Shown here: positions 18,655 to 28,049 of the stretch, one piece after another
Layout of the letters: every line of letters starts with the position of its first letter
How positions within the stretch are numbered: position 1 is the first letter of the stretch
DNA from: Candidatus Micrarchaeota archaeon
GTDB lineage: Archaea > Micrarchaeota > Micrarchaeia > Micrarchaeales > CABMGC01
Assembly: GCA_021818925.1 (NCBI GenBank)
Contig: JAKASU010000001.1
Location: 188,035 to 252,034 of the forward strand
DNA: 64,000 nucleotides
Direction: 5' to 3'
The notes under the pieces: model-generated
Seen by the model: the letters and a program-made list of their open reading frames with translations, nothing else
Told to the model about the DNA's origin: nothing
Databases searched by the model: none
Program-made: the position numbers and the translations under genes

Positions 18655-19050
18655 TCAGAGCTTTACCGCTTCCCCTCCGGCCTGCCTTATCTTCTCCTCA
18701 GCGCTCTTGGAGAACTTGCTGGCCTTCACAACAACGGGTTTTGCAAGCTTGCCGTCGCCAAGCACCTTGTAGCCCTTCAGCTCTATGGTGGGCCTAGCTT
18801 CCTGCATACTCGCAGTCTTCTTGGAGATCGCGTAAAGGTCTATTATATCGAGGCTCTTCCTCCTCAACGGCGCAAACCCCTTCTTCCCTATCGTTTCCCT
18901 CTCGTAGACAACGGTGTATGTCCACTTGTGCCTTCCCCCGCCTCGGCCCACGCCTCCCCTGTCTCCGGCTCCCCTGGCGTTCTTTATGTTGCCTGCGCCC
19001 CAGCTCCTGTTGCCAAGGTACTTCCTCCTCTTCTTTATCCTCAGAACCAT
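18655..19050 (-). CDS. rpl15: 50S ribosomal protein uL15
   Basis: RGAGDRGGVG, GKKGF, KVLGDG and SKSAEEKI..AGG. Confidence 0.95.
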   Translation of the reverse strand: MVLRIKKRRKYLGNRSWGAGNIKNARGAGDRGGVGRGGGRHKWTYTVVYERETIGKKGFAPLRRKSLDIIDLYAISKKTASMQEARPTIELKGYKVLGDGKLAKPVVVKASKFSKSAEEKIRQAGGEAVKL

Positions 19051-19054
19051 GATC

Positions 19055-19480
19055 TCACAGCATCTTCTCTATCAGCCTGTTTATCTTCTCGCTCCTGTAT
19101 CCCAGGCTGCCGCCGTTCGTGAACGCGTCCTTCACGCCCTCGTATCCCTGCCTCGGAGGGTGCATCCTGATCGGCATCTCTATCTTCAGCTCCTTCGGAG
19201 ACTTGCTCCCGTCCAGCATCGAGCCCGCGGACGAGTCGTCGGCCTTTATGCCCTTCGCCGCGAGAAGCTTTGCGAGCGTCTCCCTGTTCACCTCCCCGAA
19301 GGTTACGAAGTCCTTGCACTTCTTGACCATTCCCATGTACGAGGAGTTGCCAGAATTGACGAGAACAAGGTTGTTTACGCGCTTCAGGTTCAGCCTGTCC
19401 AGCGTCTCCGCTATGCTCTGCCTGACCTTTACGCGCCCCCGCACTCTTATCACTGCGAGTAGCTTGCTTTTTTCTGCCAT
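19055..19480 (-). CDS. rpl30: 50S ribosomal protein uL30, archaeal long form
   Basis: AVIRVRG, TL..L.L, RMHPPR.G and LGYR..IN.LI..ML. Confidence 0.95.
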   Translation of the reverse strand: MAEKSKLLAVIRVRGRVKVRQSIAETLDRLNLKRVNNLVLVNSGNSSYMGMVKKCKDFVTFGEVNRETLAKLLAAKGIKADDSSAGSMLDGSKSPKELKIEMPIRMHPPRQGYEGVKDAFTNGGSLGYRSEKINRLIEKML

Positions 19481-19640
19481 GTAGGACACGTCAGTAGTGT
19501 ATAGTATTCGCGTGATGAGTTTATAAGCGTACCTATGACCCCTGAAAAGGCTGAGAAAGATGCGCTGGCGCGCCAGAAACGGCGCTTTGCGAACTATGGG
19601 ATTTTATAACTTGTTTGCTTATCCTAACTAGGTCAAACAA

Positions 19641-20414
19641 ATGAGGACATCGCTCGCTTTCACCGCTTTCTTTTTGCTGGGCATAGTTGCGAGCGGGAGC
19701 GTCAGCGCCTATTTCAACGCGACCTACCTGTCTACGACGGTCTTCCTGAAGAACTCGACGTCGGCGCACGTGGTCGAGGGGGTGCAGATATATGTGAGCA
19801 ACGCATCGATAAGCACGTACAACCAGGACAGGCAGGCCTTCAACCTCTCTCTGGCGAGCTGGCAGAAGGTGATAGGCAACACCCCGTTCCTGACGCAGCA
19901 CATACTCAACCCCAAGTCGAGCATAAGCAACTTCACCTTCCTGCCTGGTCCCATAACCCCGGCCAGCAACGGCGGAGGCTATGCCTCGCTCACCATGAGC
20001 TATGATGCGGGCAACGTAACAAGCGTGGTCAGCATAGCACCGAGGCAGTTCGAGTACTCAGTAAACAGCAGCGTCTTCAACTACCTTCACACCGCCAGCG
20101 GACAGTCGCTTCTGCCGAACGCCAGGCTCACCATAATGGTGCCAAACGGCACGAAGATTGTCACCATATATCCGCTTCCTGACTTCCCGCAGCCAAACTC
20201 GTTCGGCAAGTACTCCGGTACGAGCTTCTCGTGGTTCTCCGGAGAGCCGCTGCAGAATTTCAACTTTGTCTACATAACAACACAGACGCCGGAGCAGGAG
20301 GTGGTGCAGTTCTTCAGCGGCATTTACAACAATTACGGCTCTCTCATAGACGTGCTCGTGGTCCTCATGGTAGTGGGAATTGGCGCATACCTCTACTTCA
20401 GGCTCTTTAGGTGA
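19641..20414 (+). CDS. Secreted protein with C-terminal membrane anchor
   Basis: Signal peptide, S/T/N-rich body with N-x-S/T sequons, C-terminal TM; GTGA-coupled to pheS. Confidence 0.75.
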   Translation: MRTSLAFTAFFLLGIVASGSVSAYFNATYLSTTVFLKNSTSAHVVEGVQIYVSNASISTYNQDRQAFNLSLASWQKVIGNTPFLTQHILNPKSSISNFTFLPGPITPASNGGGYASLTMSYDAGNVTSVVSIAPRQFEYSVNSSVFNYLHTASGQSLLPNARLTIMVPNGTKIVTIYPLPDFPQPNSFGKYSGTSFSWFSGEPLQNFNFVYITTQTPEQEVVQFFSGIYNNYGSLIDVLVVLMVVGIGAYLYFRLFR

Positions 20415-21892
20415 ATCCCTTGCATAGGCACGAGCTATCTGTGCTCAACGCACTGAAAGAGAAGAAGAAGCTCAGCTTGGAGCAATTGCTGAAGGAGTCG
20501 GGCCTTGGCAGGGACGAGGCGATGTGGGCGCTCGGGAACCTGGCTGCGCAGGGGTTCGTGAAGATGGAGAAGGAGGAGGGGGCCGAGGTCAGGATAAGCG
20601 ACGAGGGAAGGGAGTACGCCAAAAACGGCTTGCCAGAATCGCGGCTCCTGAAGAGAATCGGGGAGAGGGGGATGCGGCTTGATGAGATTGGGAACAAGCA
20701 GGACCAGATCGGTTTCAGCTGGGCCAAGAAGAAGGGACTCGTAGACGTTGCCGGGGGCATGCTGAAGCTCAACGACAAAGGCAAACACGCGGCTTATGCC
20801 GGCTTGGAGGCCGAGACGGTGCTGAGGGCGCTGGAGAAGGACGAGAGATCATACAAGCAGTACAGAGGCAACGCCGCGATGAAGGAGCTGGAGCAGAGGA
20901 AGCTGGTCGAGGTCAGGTCCAGTGAATCCGTGGGCTCAGCGGAGATAACGCACCAGGGTGTGCTGGCGCTGGCGAAGGAGAAGCAGAACGAGGAGATGAT
21001 AGAGGCTCTGGACAGGAAGATGATAAAGAGCAGGTCGTGGGCTGACAAGAAGTTCACGCCGTACAACATCAAGGCGCCGGTGGAGCCCGCTGCCGTCGCT
21101 GCCAGGCATCCGCTGAGGAGGACGATAGACGACATAAGGCAGGCATACCTAAGCCTCGGGTTCACCGAGGTGAGCGGGCCGATAATAGAGCCGGCATTCT
21201 GGGTCTTCGACTATCTTTTTGTGCCACAAGACCACCCGGCGAGGGACGTGCAGGATACGTTCTTTCTCGGCAGGCCGGACTCGCTAAACGTGGAGTACAC
21301 GGGGCTCGTGGACAGGGTGAAGAAGGAGCATGAAACCGCGTGGCACGGGGAGTGGTCCAGGCAGGTGGCCATGCAGGCAGTTGCAAGGACGCACACGACA
21401 AGCGTCAGCGGCAGGTACATAAACAAGATAACTAGCGAGATAAATGCGGGAAAGAAGTTCGAGATGCCGATAAAGCTGTTCACGATAGGCAGGAACCTGA
21501 GGAACGAGACGATAGATCCGAGGCACATAGCAGACTTCTACCAGCACGATGGCATAGTTATAGGCAGGGGCCTCACGCTGGCAAACCTCTTCGACATACT
21601 CATCAAGCTCTACAAGGGCATCGGTATAGGCAACCTCAGGTTCAAGCCGATGTACTACCCGTTCGTGGAGCCGGGGGTGCAGCTCCTGGGCAAGCACGGC
21701 GACGAGTGGATAGAGCTTGGGGGAGCGGGGGTGATCAGGAAGGAGATAACGGGCATAGAGAGGAGCAAGATAAACGTGCTGGCGTGGGGGCCGGGAGTGG
21801 AAAGGATCCTGCTTGTAAAGAAGAAGATAGACAGCGTAGCCTCGCTCTACGGGTCCAGCGTCGGGTGGCTGAGGGAGATGGAGGGTGCCTAG
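20411..21892 (+). CDS. pheS: Phenylalanine--tRNA ligase alpha subunit
   Basis: LPE..L N-terminal domain, QDHPARD.QDTF, RNE.ID..H and YPFVEP. Confidence 0.96.
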   Translation: MNPLHRHELSVLNALKEKKKLSLEQLLKESGLGRDEAMWALGNLAAQGFVKMEKEEGAEVRISDEGREYAKNGLPESRLLKRIGERGMRLDEIGNKQDQIGFSWAKKKGLVDVAGGMLKLNDKGKHAAYAGLEAETVLRALEKDERSYKQYRGNAAMKELEQRKLVEVRSSESVGSAEITHQGVLALAKEKQNEEMIEALDRKMIKSRSWADKKFTPYNIKAPVEPAAVAARHPLRRTIDDIRQAYLSLGFTEVSGPIIEPAFWVFDYLFVPQDHPARDVQDTFFLGRPDSLNVEYTGLVDRVKKEHETAWHGEWSRQVAMQAVARTHTTSVSGRYINKITSEINAGKKFEMPIKLFTIGRNLRNETIDPRHIADFYQHDGIVIGRGLTLANLFDILIKLYKGIGIGNLRFKPMYYPFVEPGVQLLGKHGDEWIELGGAGVIRKEITGIERSKINVLAWGPGVERILLVKKKIDSVASLYGSSVGWLREMEGA

Positions 21893-23578
21893 ATGCCTGT
21901 AACGGTACACAACAAGAGATACATGCTCAAGCTCCTGGGCTTCAAGATAGACGATGCTGAGCTCGTGAAGAACATAGAGAGCATGGGCCCGAACGTGAAG
22001 AGGATAGACGCGGGCGAGATCGAGGTCGAATACCCGGCCAACAGGCCAGACCTGATAAGCACGCTGGGGCTCTCGCGCGCGGTAAGGTACTACATGAGGA
22101 AGAGCAGGGACTTCAAGTACGAGGTTGGCAAAGAGGGAGACGTCGCAATAAGCGTTGGCGCGCACGTCTCGGAGATAAGGCCTTACATCGCGGCGCTGGT
22201 CGTCGAGAACATGCGGCTCGGCGAGGACGATCTTCTTGACATCATAAACTTCACAGAGAAGCTGAGCAGCACCTACGGGAGGCAGAGGAGCAGAATCGCC
22301 CTTGGCCTGCACGACATGAAGGACACGAAGGGGCCGTTCATGTACGACGCTTACGAGGACGAGGAGTTCGTGCCGCTGGGCTCAAAGAGCAAGATGAAGT
22401 ACAGCGACGTGATAAACAGCGACAGGAGAGGCAGGAAGTACGTAAAGCTGAGCAAGACAGGAGCCAGGTACGTCGCGCTGAAGGATTCCAGGGGCACGAT
22501 GTCACTGATACCGATAATCAATTCCGAAAGGACGAAGGTTTCGGTGGGAACGAATCGCATGCTCGTCGATATCACCGGGGTAACTCGCGAGATAATAGAA
22601 CGCGTTGCTGACATGCTTGCCGCGGATTTCATAGACAGGGGCTTTGAGGTGAGCAGGGTGGTGGTAAGGTACAGGGAAAGCAGCCGAAGCCTGCCGAAGA
22701 TGGAGAGCCACGAGTTCAACATACCGCTGAAGCAGCTTGACGATGAGATAGGAGTCAGGATAGGCTTCAACAACGCCATTGTGCTGGCGAACAAGATGGG
22801 CCACGCGGCGGCGCTCGTGGGCAGCAAGATCAGGGTCACAGCCCCGACATACAGGCTCGACGTGATAAACGAGCAGGATATCATAGAAGACATTGCGGTG
22901 AGCTACGGCTACGACTACATACAGCCGGTGCCTATCCTCTCATCGGAAATGGGCGCGCTGGAGGACAGGACGAAGACGAACAACTTCGCAAGGGACGTGA
23001 TGATTGGAATGGGCTACGGAGAGACCATGAACTCTTACCTGACCAACGAGGAGGTCAACTTCAACAAGATGCGCCGGGAGAGGGATAGCGAGTACGTGAA
23101 CATAACCAATCCGAGATCCGGGTTAACGACCATGCTCCGCACGTGGATCATGCCGTCCCTGCTCAAGCAGCTCGGCCAATCGATGCACGACAGCTTCCCG
23201 CTCAGGATCTTCGAGCTGGACATGGTTTTCGGAGTGAAGAAGAACGTGCCTGAGGAGAAGTACCACCTTGCTGCGGTTTCGTGCCACTCGCAGGCGAACT
23301 TCAACGAGGCGAAGGCGTCGCTCGAGGGTCTCGTGCGCAGCCTCGGCGCGAAATGCGAGATCAGGGAAGACGACAACATGAGCATGATACCGGGCAGATG
23401 CGCAACTGTCGAAGTGGGCAAAAAGAATATAGGCTTTATGGGTGAGATACACCCCGAAGTGCTGGCCAGTTTCGGAATCGAGGAACCAGTTGTGGGCTTC
23501 GAGATAGACCTGAATGAATGGATTGGGAATAACGCCAGAAGTGGTGACGAAAAAGGTAGTCGCACTTCCAAGCGATGA
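21893..23578 (+). CDS. pheT: Phenylalanine--tRNA ligase beta subunit
   Basis: NRPDL, RPYI, YRLD....D.IED.A..YGY and GEIHP.VL..FG. Confidence 0.96.
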   Translation: MPVTVHNKRYMLKLLGFKIDDAELVKNIESMGPNVKRIDAGEIEVEYPANRPDLISTLGLSRAVRYYMRKSRDFKYEVGKEGDVAISVGAHVSEIRPYIAALVVENMRLGEDDLLDIINFTEKLSSTYGRQRSRIALGLHDMKDTKGPFMYDAYEDEEFVPLGSKSKMKYSDVINSDRRGRKYVKLSKTGARYVALKDSRGTMSLIPIINSERTKVSVGTNRMLVDITGVTREIIERVADMLAADFIDRGFEVSRVVVRYRESSRSLPKMESHEFNIPLKQLDDEIGVRIGFNNAIVLANKMGHAAALVGSKIRVTAPTYRLDVINEQDIIEDIAVSYGYDYIQPVPILSSEMGALEDRTKTNNFARDVMIGMGYGETMNSYLTNEEVNFNKMRRERDSEYVNITNPRSGLTTMLRTWIMPSLLKQLGQSMHDSFPLRIFELDMVFGVKKNVPEEKYHLAAVSCHSQANFNEAKASLEGLVRSLGAKCEIREDDNMSMIPGRCATVEVGKKNIGFMGEIHPEVLASFGIEEPVVGFEIDLNEWIGNNARSGDEKGSRTSKR

Positions 23579-24092
23579 TTTCCAGAGCAGGATAGAGTAC
23601 AAGATAGTTGACGCCTCGGGCAGCCTGCGCTCCTCTTTCAGAATAGACAGCAGCGCAGGCGAGAGACGCGCGATGAGCTCTGACACCGGAGCCGTGCCGG
23701 TGGAGTGGGATGTCTTTGATACAGGTGGCGGTGAGGGGATGGACTCCGGCAGGCACTATGACATCGCGCGGTTGGGCTACTCGACTGACATATATGTCAG
23801 GAACAAGGTATGGAACGTCAGCTGCAGAAGAAGCGGCGATGGGGTGGAAAACCTGCTCGTATCGGTAAGGACGCTTGACGTACGGATGCTGGACGATGAG
23901 GGCTTCGGGCTGAGCAGGGCGCAGGCCGACGAGCTCCTTTTTCTCAATGAGAAGGATGTTGAAAGACTGAGGCCGAGAAGCGAGGGCTATGTCTTGATGA
24001 AGAGGTTTGGAATAGACAGACCTGTCGGAGGAAACAGCTTTGAGCTCATCGGAGAGCTTGACGACATGGCTAGGCGGCTGCTGAGGGAGTAG
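23514..24092 (+). CDS. Hypothetical protein
   Basis: 192-aa ORF filling the pheT-rfcL gap and overlapping both; no motif recognised. Confidence 0.55.
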   Translation: MNGLGITPEVVTKKVVALPSDDFQSRIEYKIVDASGSLRSSFRIDSSAGERRAMSSDTGAVPVEWDVFDTGGGEGMDSGRHYDIARLGYSTDIYVRNKVWNVSCRRSGDGVENLLVSVRTLDVRMLDDEGFGLSRAQADELLFLNEKDVERLRPRSEGYVLMKRFGIDRPVGGNSFELIGELDDMARRLLRE

Positions 24093-25293
24093 TCAGGTAC
24101 TCGACCTCGCCCTTCTCGAGCTTGAAGTCGTTTTCAAGGGAGCCTGCCACGGCCTCCCTCCTCTCTTTTCCCATTTTTGATATCAGTATCTTGAAGAGAG
24201 GAAGGTAAGAGGCGATTATCTCGTGCCTGTTGGTATGTAGGTATGGCGAAAGTTTCATGGCCACCTTGCTTTGCATGCCTCGCGCCTCCTTGGTTGAGCT
24301 AAGGTACTTCACCTTGGACGGGAACGCGTATGGGCTCACGTACTTCATGTTGCCCCCGCTCGAGATTGACACGCCGGCTATGCCGCTGTTTGAGTACTTG
24401 ATGTAGCCGTAGTATCGCACCCGCTCCGCCATCTCGAAGAACCTGCTCGCGAACGCGAGGTGCTCGTATGCGAGGTCTATCGACTGCTTTACCCAGTATC
24501 TGTTAGGTATGTTCTCATCAACCCAGTTTATCAGCATGTCGATGTCTATGTCGCTCGTTTCCACAGCGGTTTTGGCGGAGGAGAAGCTGTTTGTCATGAA
24601 GATGCGGTCGAGAACGCGGAATATCTCTAGCTTCCTGTTCCTCACAACGAGGTTCTCGATTATGTCGTTGCCCCCGATGAGAACCATCTGCAGGTCGTTG
24701 AGCGCCGCGCGCACGTCACCGTCGCTTCTGTAGGCCACCTCTCTGAGCGCGCCCTCCTCGATCGTACGGCCTTCCGCTTTAGCTATGATGCGCATGTAGT
24801 CCATAAGCTCTTTCGACGCAACCTTCTTCAGCTCAACCCTTTCGACATGGTTCCTGAGGAAACTTATCCGCTGGTCCCAGAAATCGCTTGCGGTGAAGGC
24901 GATCGGCTGCCTCGACTCCCTCAGCATCCGCAAGATGACGCTCTCCGCGCCCTTGTCGAACCTTGATGATAGCTCGTCTATCTCGTCGAACAGTATCAGT
25001 GTTGTCTTTGCGAAGAGTCCGCGGGTCCTGGCTGCGGGAAGCAACCTCTTCCCGAGCGTTTCGGCGTCGCGGTAGTCGCTTGATGTGAGCTCGAGCATCT
25101 CGAAGCCATTCTCCTCAGCCATGGCCCTCAGCGACGCCGTCTTCCCGGTGCCGCTGGGTCCGTAGACCAGCACTGGCTTCGGCTTCTTGCCAGCCGCTAT
25201 GTCGGCGCCGAACCTCCTGATTCTGTCAACGCTCAGCCTGTTCCCGATGATCTCCTTCAGGGAGTGCGGCGTGTATTTTTCATAGAGAAGCAT
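24070..25293 (-). CDS. rfcL: Replication factor C large subunit
   Basis: EKY.P, GPSGTGKT, EL.SSD.R, DEID, GD.RAA.NDLQ and W..EN motifs. Confidence 0.93.
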   Translation of the reverse strand: MLLYEKYTPHSLKEIIGNRLSVDRIRRFGADIAAGKKPKPVLVYGPSGTGKTASLRAMAEENGFEMLELTSSDYRDAETLGKRLLPAARTRGLFAKTTLILFDEIDELSSRFDKGAESVILRMLRESRQPIAFTASDFWDQRISFLRNHVERVELKKVASKELMDYMRIIAKAEGRTIEEGALREVAYRSDGDVRAALNDLQMVLIGGNDIIENLVVRNRKLEIFRVLDRIFMTNSFSSAKTAVETSDIDIDMLINWVDENIPNRYWVKQSIDLAYEHLAFASRFFEMAERVRYYGYIKYSNSGIAGVSISSGGNMKYVSPYAFPSKVKYLSSTKEARGMQSKVAMKLSPYLHTNRHEIIASYLPLFKILISKMGKERREAVAGSLENDFKLEKGEVEYLTTPSAAA

Positions 25294-25346
25294 GCGAGCA
25301 CTGAGAAATGATAAGAATATAATGACAAAAGAGTCTATAAAAGCGT

Positions 25347-25421
25347 GCTCCGGTCGTCTAGTCCGGTCAAGGACGCAGGCCTCTCAAGTCTGCAACCCGG
25401 GTTCAAATCCCGGCCGGAGCA
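25347..25421 (+). tRNA. tRNA-Glu(CTC)
   Basis: Acceptor GCTCCGG/CCGGAGC, anticodon arm CAGGC-CTCTCAA-GTCTG, T-loop TTCAAAT. Confidence 0.95.
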
Positions 25422-25426
25422 AAACT

Positions 25427-25454
25427 TATATACCTATAGGCCTATAGGTATATA
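25427..25454. promoter_or_regulatory. Perfect 28-bp palindrome, probable vapBC operator
   Basis: TATATACCTATAGGCCTATAGGTATATA between the tRNA end and the antitoxin ATG, overlapping a TTATATA box. Confidence 0.75.
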
Positions 25455-25460
25455 GATTCG

Positions 25461-25661
25461 ATGGAGGAAACGACTACAATACAGTTGAGTAGAAAGGTGC
25501 GCGCTCTCCTAGACAACGTGAAGAAGGAGATAGGAGCCAAGAGCTACGCCGCGACGATTATGTGGATTGCAAAAAAGGCGAAGGTACTGGAGGTAAGCGA
25601 AGCTGGTTCTCTGCCAAAGCTGCGCACTTTCAAGAGGGAGAAACATGACCGTTTTGATTGA
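25461..25661 (+). CDS. VapB-like RHH antitoxin
   Basis: TTIQLS....L...K.....SY pattern; overlaps the downstream PIN gene. Confidence 0.8.
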   Translation: MEETTTIQLSRKVRALLDNVKKEIGAKSYAATIMWIAKKAKVLEVSEAGSLPKLRTFKREKHDRFD

Positions 25662-26019
25662 CAGCTGGGCCTGGATTGAGTACTGGAAAGGAGGGAAATC
25701 GTCAAAGGCGGCTGCAGAGTATATAGATGGGGAAGAGGAAGCGTACGTTTCGGCCATAAACCTGCTGGAAACTTATGCGTGGGTCGCCAGATACTACGGG
25801 GAGGGAGTCGCAAAAAGCAAGTTGGAGACCGTGGAGAGGCGGTGCTTCACCATACCCGTAGATAAGATCACTTCGATAGAGGCGGCAAAGCTAAAGCTGA
25901 AACACAAGCTAGGCATCGCAGACAGTGTGGTGCTTGCTACGGCAAGGAGCCTCAGCGCAAAGATTGTCACTGGAGACACAGACTTCAGGAAGATGGACGA
26001 TGTTATTTTTATTGGTTAG
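25645..26019 (+). CDS. vapC: VapC PIN-domain toxin
   Basis: IDSWAWIEY, S.IN..E, ADS..LATA and VTGD.DF motifs. Confidence 0.93.
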   Translation: MTVLIDSWAWIEYWKGGKSSKAAAEYIDGEEEAYVSAINLLETYAWVARYYGEGVAKSKLETVERRCFTIPVDKITSIEAAKLKLKHKLGIADSVVLATARSLSAKIVTGDTDFRKMDDVIFIG

Positions 26020-26031
26020 AGTTTATCCGAA

Positions 26032-26062
26032 CTGCAACCTGGCTCAAATCCCGGCCGAAGCA
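26032..26062 (+). repeat. Degenerate direct copy of the tRNA-Glu 3' end (att-like)
   Basis: CTGCAACCTGGCTCAAATCCCGGCCGAAGCA versus tRNA CTGCAACCCGGGTTCAAATCCCGGCCGGAGCA (25390-25421). Confidence 0.85.
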
Positions 26063-26076
26063 CACCGATCATGCAC

Positions 26077-26649
26077 TCATGGGAGATGAAGCAGTATCAG
26101 GCTGCCTGCTATGACCATCATAATGAGCCCCACGGCAATCTTGATGAAGCGCTCCTCCATCCTCTCGATCAGCGGCTTGAGGAACCTCACCGCCGCAAGC
26201 GGTATGGACCATCCGATCAGCAGGCCGAGTACACTAGGCGCAAGCTCGCCTGTCACGGCACCGAGCGAGACCACGACAGTGAGTATCTCAATGCCCTCGA
26301 GCACCACGCCGGAGTAGATGCCGAGCATGCCGGCGCTTATCCTGCTCTCCTCTTCGTGCTCCTCGCCGGCGTTGGTGGATCCCTTGAAAAGGAAGTAGGC
26401 GCCGATCAGGAAGATGACAGCACCTGCGGCAAGCCCCAGGAGCATCTGCGGCAGCACTGTGAAGAAGTAGTAGATCGCCGCGCCTACAGGAATCATTGTG
26501 ACCAAACCGGCCAGGGTTATTGTCCATGCCCTGCGCCACTTGTACTTCGTTGATGCGGCTACGGTGAGCATCGCTATCTCGCTGCCGCTGATCAGCCCGA
26601 ATCCTATTCCCGCAAAAAAAGGGAGTATCTCGTAAAAACCGGTGCTCAT
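26077..26649 (-). CDS. COG4280 / GDT1-like membrane protein
   Basis: Two-repeat 6-TM protein with SGSEIAML and VLEGIEI intramembrane acidic motifs. Confidence 0.6.
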   Translation of the reverse strand: MSTGFYEILPFFAGIGFGLISGSEIAMLTVAASTKYKWRRAWTITLAGLVTMIPVGAAIYYFFTVLPQMLLGLAAGAVIFLIGAYFLFKGSTNAGEEHEEESRISAGMLGIYSGVVLEGIEILTVVVSLGAVTGELAPSVLGLLIGWSIPLAAVRFLKPLIERMEERFIKIAVGLIMMVIAGSLILLHLP

Positions 26650-26653
26650 GCTT

Positions 26654-27967
26654 TCACGCCTGCGTTGTCGACGCCGCTGCCTGCTTCTTCTCATCCTTGG
26701 CCTTCTTCGCTATCGCCTTTTGCTCCTTGGACACCCTCCTGTCCTCGTCCTTGTTCACCCTGCTCGCTGACTTATTGGATCTCATGGTGGAGTAGGAGGC
26801 CAGGGACGTCACTATGTTGGTTATCAAAATGACAAACACGACTATGTTTATGAAGCTATTGGCGAGAGGCAGGCCGCTTGTGAGTGCCACTATCGCCAGT
26901 ATTGCGGGCGTGGTGCCTTGGGCGCACATCAGCGTGATCAGCCTCCTGTTATTGTGCATCTCCGATCCGCGCGTGGAGATGTTTACCGCCATGTACCTGA
27001 CTGACAGGAGTATCACCACGAAAATCAGGCCGGCGATGAGGTTCATGACTATGGCCGAGGGCTGCACCACGAACGTGAGCCCCAGGAAGACGAAGAAGAA
27101 GGTCTCGAACAGGAAAGAGATCTCGTCCTGGAAACCGCGCAGCTGGTTCTCAAGCTCTGAGATTTTCAGCTCCTTTCTTATCCAAGCCCCTACGCTCTTG
27201 TAGTTGCCCAGCATTACTCCGAAGACCAGCACGGCCATCAGGCCGCTGCCGCCGATTACCGATGCGATGACATAAGTGGTAAGCAGGAGCGCGAGGGTGA
27301 AGACGTATGTGTAGCGGTATTCCTTGAGATTGTCCAAGATGAAGAGCCATGCGATGGAGAGCGCGAAGCCTGCAACGACGCCCACGGATAGGTTCGCCGC
27401 CAGCGATGAAACCGCAGCGCTGAACGATGACGAGCCTGTCTGGTAGATGCTCAGGAAGACGTAGAACAGCACAACAAGGAAGATGGAATTCATCACAGAT
27501 TCGAGGCTGAGGAAGGTGATTGTCTTGTTGTCGTCGGTAAGCAGCTTCGAGACGCGCATCATCACAGGCGCGGTTGTTTCCCCGCCTATGATCGAGCCGA
27601 AGATGAGCGCCTCTATGATGTCCCAGCCGAACACAGCGTGCGCCACCGCCGCTATCACAACCATGCTGACCAGCACGTAAATGACCACCTGGACCAGAGT
27701 CCTGCTGCTGCTGCTTATCACGTCCCTTATGCCCATCTGCATGCCGTTGTAGAAGAGGACCATCATAAGAGTAAACGTGGCGAAGATGCTCAGGACCGGT
27801 ATGAAAGCGCTTGTTGAAACGAGCTTTAGCAAAGGGCCTATCAGGATGCCGATGACGATGAGGAACAGGAAGTGGGGTATTCCGGTCTTCCTGAAGAAGA
27901 TCTCGGCTCCGAATCCGAATAGGATTATGCCAGCAATGAGCAGAAACGCCAACGTAATGTCTATCAT
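26654..27967 (-). CDS. Cation:proton antiporter, CPA1/NhaP type
   Basis: About 13 TM helices, IP..L.LI..G...GP, LES..N and FF.FLG motifs. Confidence 0.88.
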   Translation of the reverse strand: MIDITLAFLLIAGIILFGFGAEIFFRKTGIPHFLFLIVIGILIGPLLKLVSTSAFIPVLSIFATFTLMMVLFYNGMQMGIRDVISSSSRTLVQVVIYVLVSMVVIAAVAHAVFGWDIIEALIFGSIIGGETTAPVMMRVSKLLTDDNKTITFLSLESVMNSIFLVVLFYVFLSIYQTGSSSFSAAVSSLAANLSVGVVAGFALSIAWLFILDNLKEYRYTYVFTLALLLTTYVIASVIGGSGLMAVLVFGVMLGNYKSVGAWIRKELKISELENQLRGFQDEISFLFETFFFVFLGLTFVVQPSAIVMNLIAGLIFVVILLSVRYMAVNISTRGSEMHNNRRLITLMCAQGTTPAILAIVALTSGLPLANSFINIVVFVILITNIVTSLASYSTMRSNKSASRVNKDEDRRVSKEQKAIAKKAKDEKKQAAASTTQA

Positions 27968-28049
27968 TCTATTTTACACCCACGCAGCACAAGCACGAAT
28001 CATGTTCAACATCTCCCGTTAACGCTTTTAAGCGTTGCTGAACGCGGAC

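Noticed and set aside
19512-19554. Possible C/D box sRNA (GTGATGA ... CTGA)
   Set aside because: No properly spaced D'/C' boxes, and it overlaps the TATA of a divergent promoter region.
19565-19640. Palindrome CTGGCGCGCCAG and TTGTTTG-N16-CAAACAA
   Set aside because: Short enough to arise by chance; no linked regulator.
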